A stretch of DNA of 48,978 nt, from positions 27,172,848 to 27,221,825 of the forward strand of contig NC_069002.1 of NCBI RefSeq assembly GCF_001194135.2. Direction: 5' to 3'. Origin of the DNA: Octopus bimaculoides (taxonomy: Eukaryota). A program made the translations under genes and the position numbers. Positions 47,905 through 48,978 of the stretch are shown piece after piece (positions within the stretch are counted from its first letter, which is position 1; each line of letters opens with the position of its first letter). The notes under the pieces were generated by a model, which did not search any database, was not told the origin of the DNA, and worked only from the letters and a program-made list of their open reading frames with translations.

Positions 47905-48060
47905 GTGTAGCCCCGCTTATTTGCGGCTCAGCATTCTCGGTCCCGGATATTCGCGGAATCGTAAATATCGTCCGCGATTTTTTAGGGCATTTTTCGTGGC
48001 AATATATACTTTTCCACCACACTTTTTAAGGTTAAACTATTAATGATAATATACTGTAGT
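47905..48060 (+). mobile_element. Possible pogo/Tigger-like terminal fragment
   Basis: CAGTGTAGCCCCGCTTATTTGCGG with CGCGG subrepeats next to a TA tract. No matching second TIR seen. Confidence 0.35.
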
Positions 48061-48600
48061 TGTCGGTTTACTCGACGTCCCTTCGCAGTTGAGAATCGCC
48101 AGTTTTGGGGGGTTGCTTCGAATTGTACCGATATAATGTAGAATGAATAAAGTAATAAAAACAATAATCCTTGAATGGAATTTATAAACATAGAATAAAC
48201 AATATCGACCAAACAACATATTTCGTCGCTTTTCATTCTACAAAGCTGCTATTTTTATGTTTGTAATACAATTTTTTATAGGAACGCTGTGACACCGTAT
48301 CAAGGACAAGGTCAGGGTGATGTGCTCAAAATGCAGTTTAATACTTCATAAAAGACTGTATTAATGAAATAAGGGAATAGCAAGTGGGTGTATATGTCCT
48401 TTGATCTTCTATTGCTGCTACGATTACTCCATGCTGTAAATGTTTCAATAAACTGGTAGAACAGGTACTAATACTACTACTACACAACCTACGCACACTT
48501 ACAGGAATGCATACATAAATACATTTCATACATATATACGTACGTATTTATAGACATACATACATACATACATACATACATACATACATACATACATACA

Positions 48601-48945
48601 TAAACACCAAACTCAAGAAAGACTGGTGGAATATTCCCATCAAAACTTCTGTCAAATGTAAACATAACAGGCCGGATATTGTTGCTTGGGACAGAGGGGT
48701 AAAAGTATGTACTGTCGTAATTGGAGCATTAGGTTTTGTTGGTAAATACTGAAAGGAGAATTTGTATAAGCTGATATTTTCAGAAAGAGAAATCAACCGG
48801 CTAATTCGTACATTACAAGTGCAATCTGTGAGTGGAACAGTAAAAATATGCAAGACTTTTCTCAAGTTCCAAATGTTAATTTGTCTGTGTTAACTACATC
48901 TCAAAGATGGAGCCTTGTATCTTTGTTGGAAACCGGCTCCTATAT
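48601..48945 (+). mobile_element. RLE-type LINE 3' fragment (second family) with internal deletion
   Basis: WWNIPIKTSVKCKHNRPDIVAWDR..CTVV joined to IGALG...LQVQSVSGTVKICKTFLKF. NRPDIV carries the PD of the PD-(D/E)xK nuclease. Flanked by (TACA)n and TA-rich repeats. Confidence 0.8.
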
Positions 48946-48978
48946 ACATATATATATGCATATACATATAAACATAGT

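Overview
AT-rich animal genomic scaffold, dense in microsatellites and SINEs, with 12 N-gaps. The repeat families and sequence style suggest an octopus or other cephalopod (inference). One protein-coding gene is supported, on the minus strand: a multi-domain Cu/Zn-SOD-fold repeat protein (CSRP-like). I reconstructed it by eye from 9 phase-compatible exons: 34411-34450 (partial, runs into a gap), 31114-31205, 28807-30740, 26109-26186, 23919-24137, 21516-21657, 19822-19948, 16228-16340 and 14817-14977. Together they give roughly 965 aa with at least six SOD-fold repeats and a GPI-signal-like C-terminus. Only one repeat keeps all four Cu-ligand histidines. One intron has a GC donor. The 5' end of the gene is unresolved. 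The rest of the window is transposon-derived: several modular tRNA-derived SINE families, RTE, CR1/Jockey-like and restriction-like-endonuclease (R4/Dong-like) LINE fragments, and a decayed near-full-length Penelope-like element (RT + GIY-YIG). There are also hAT and mariner MITEs with TIRs, minisatellites and several near-perfect hairpins. Minimal hammerhead-ribozyme motifs recur, including one near-intact copy beside the Penelope element, one in the tail of a tRNA-headed SINE, and one in sense orientation inside an intron. Most ORFs in the supplied track are artefacts of N-runs or microsatellites.
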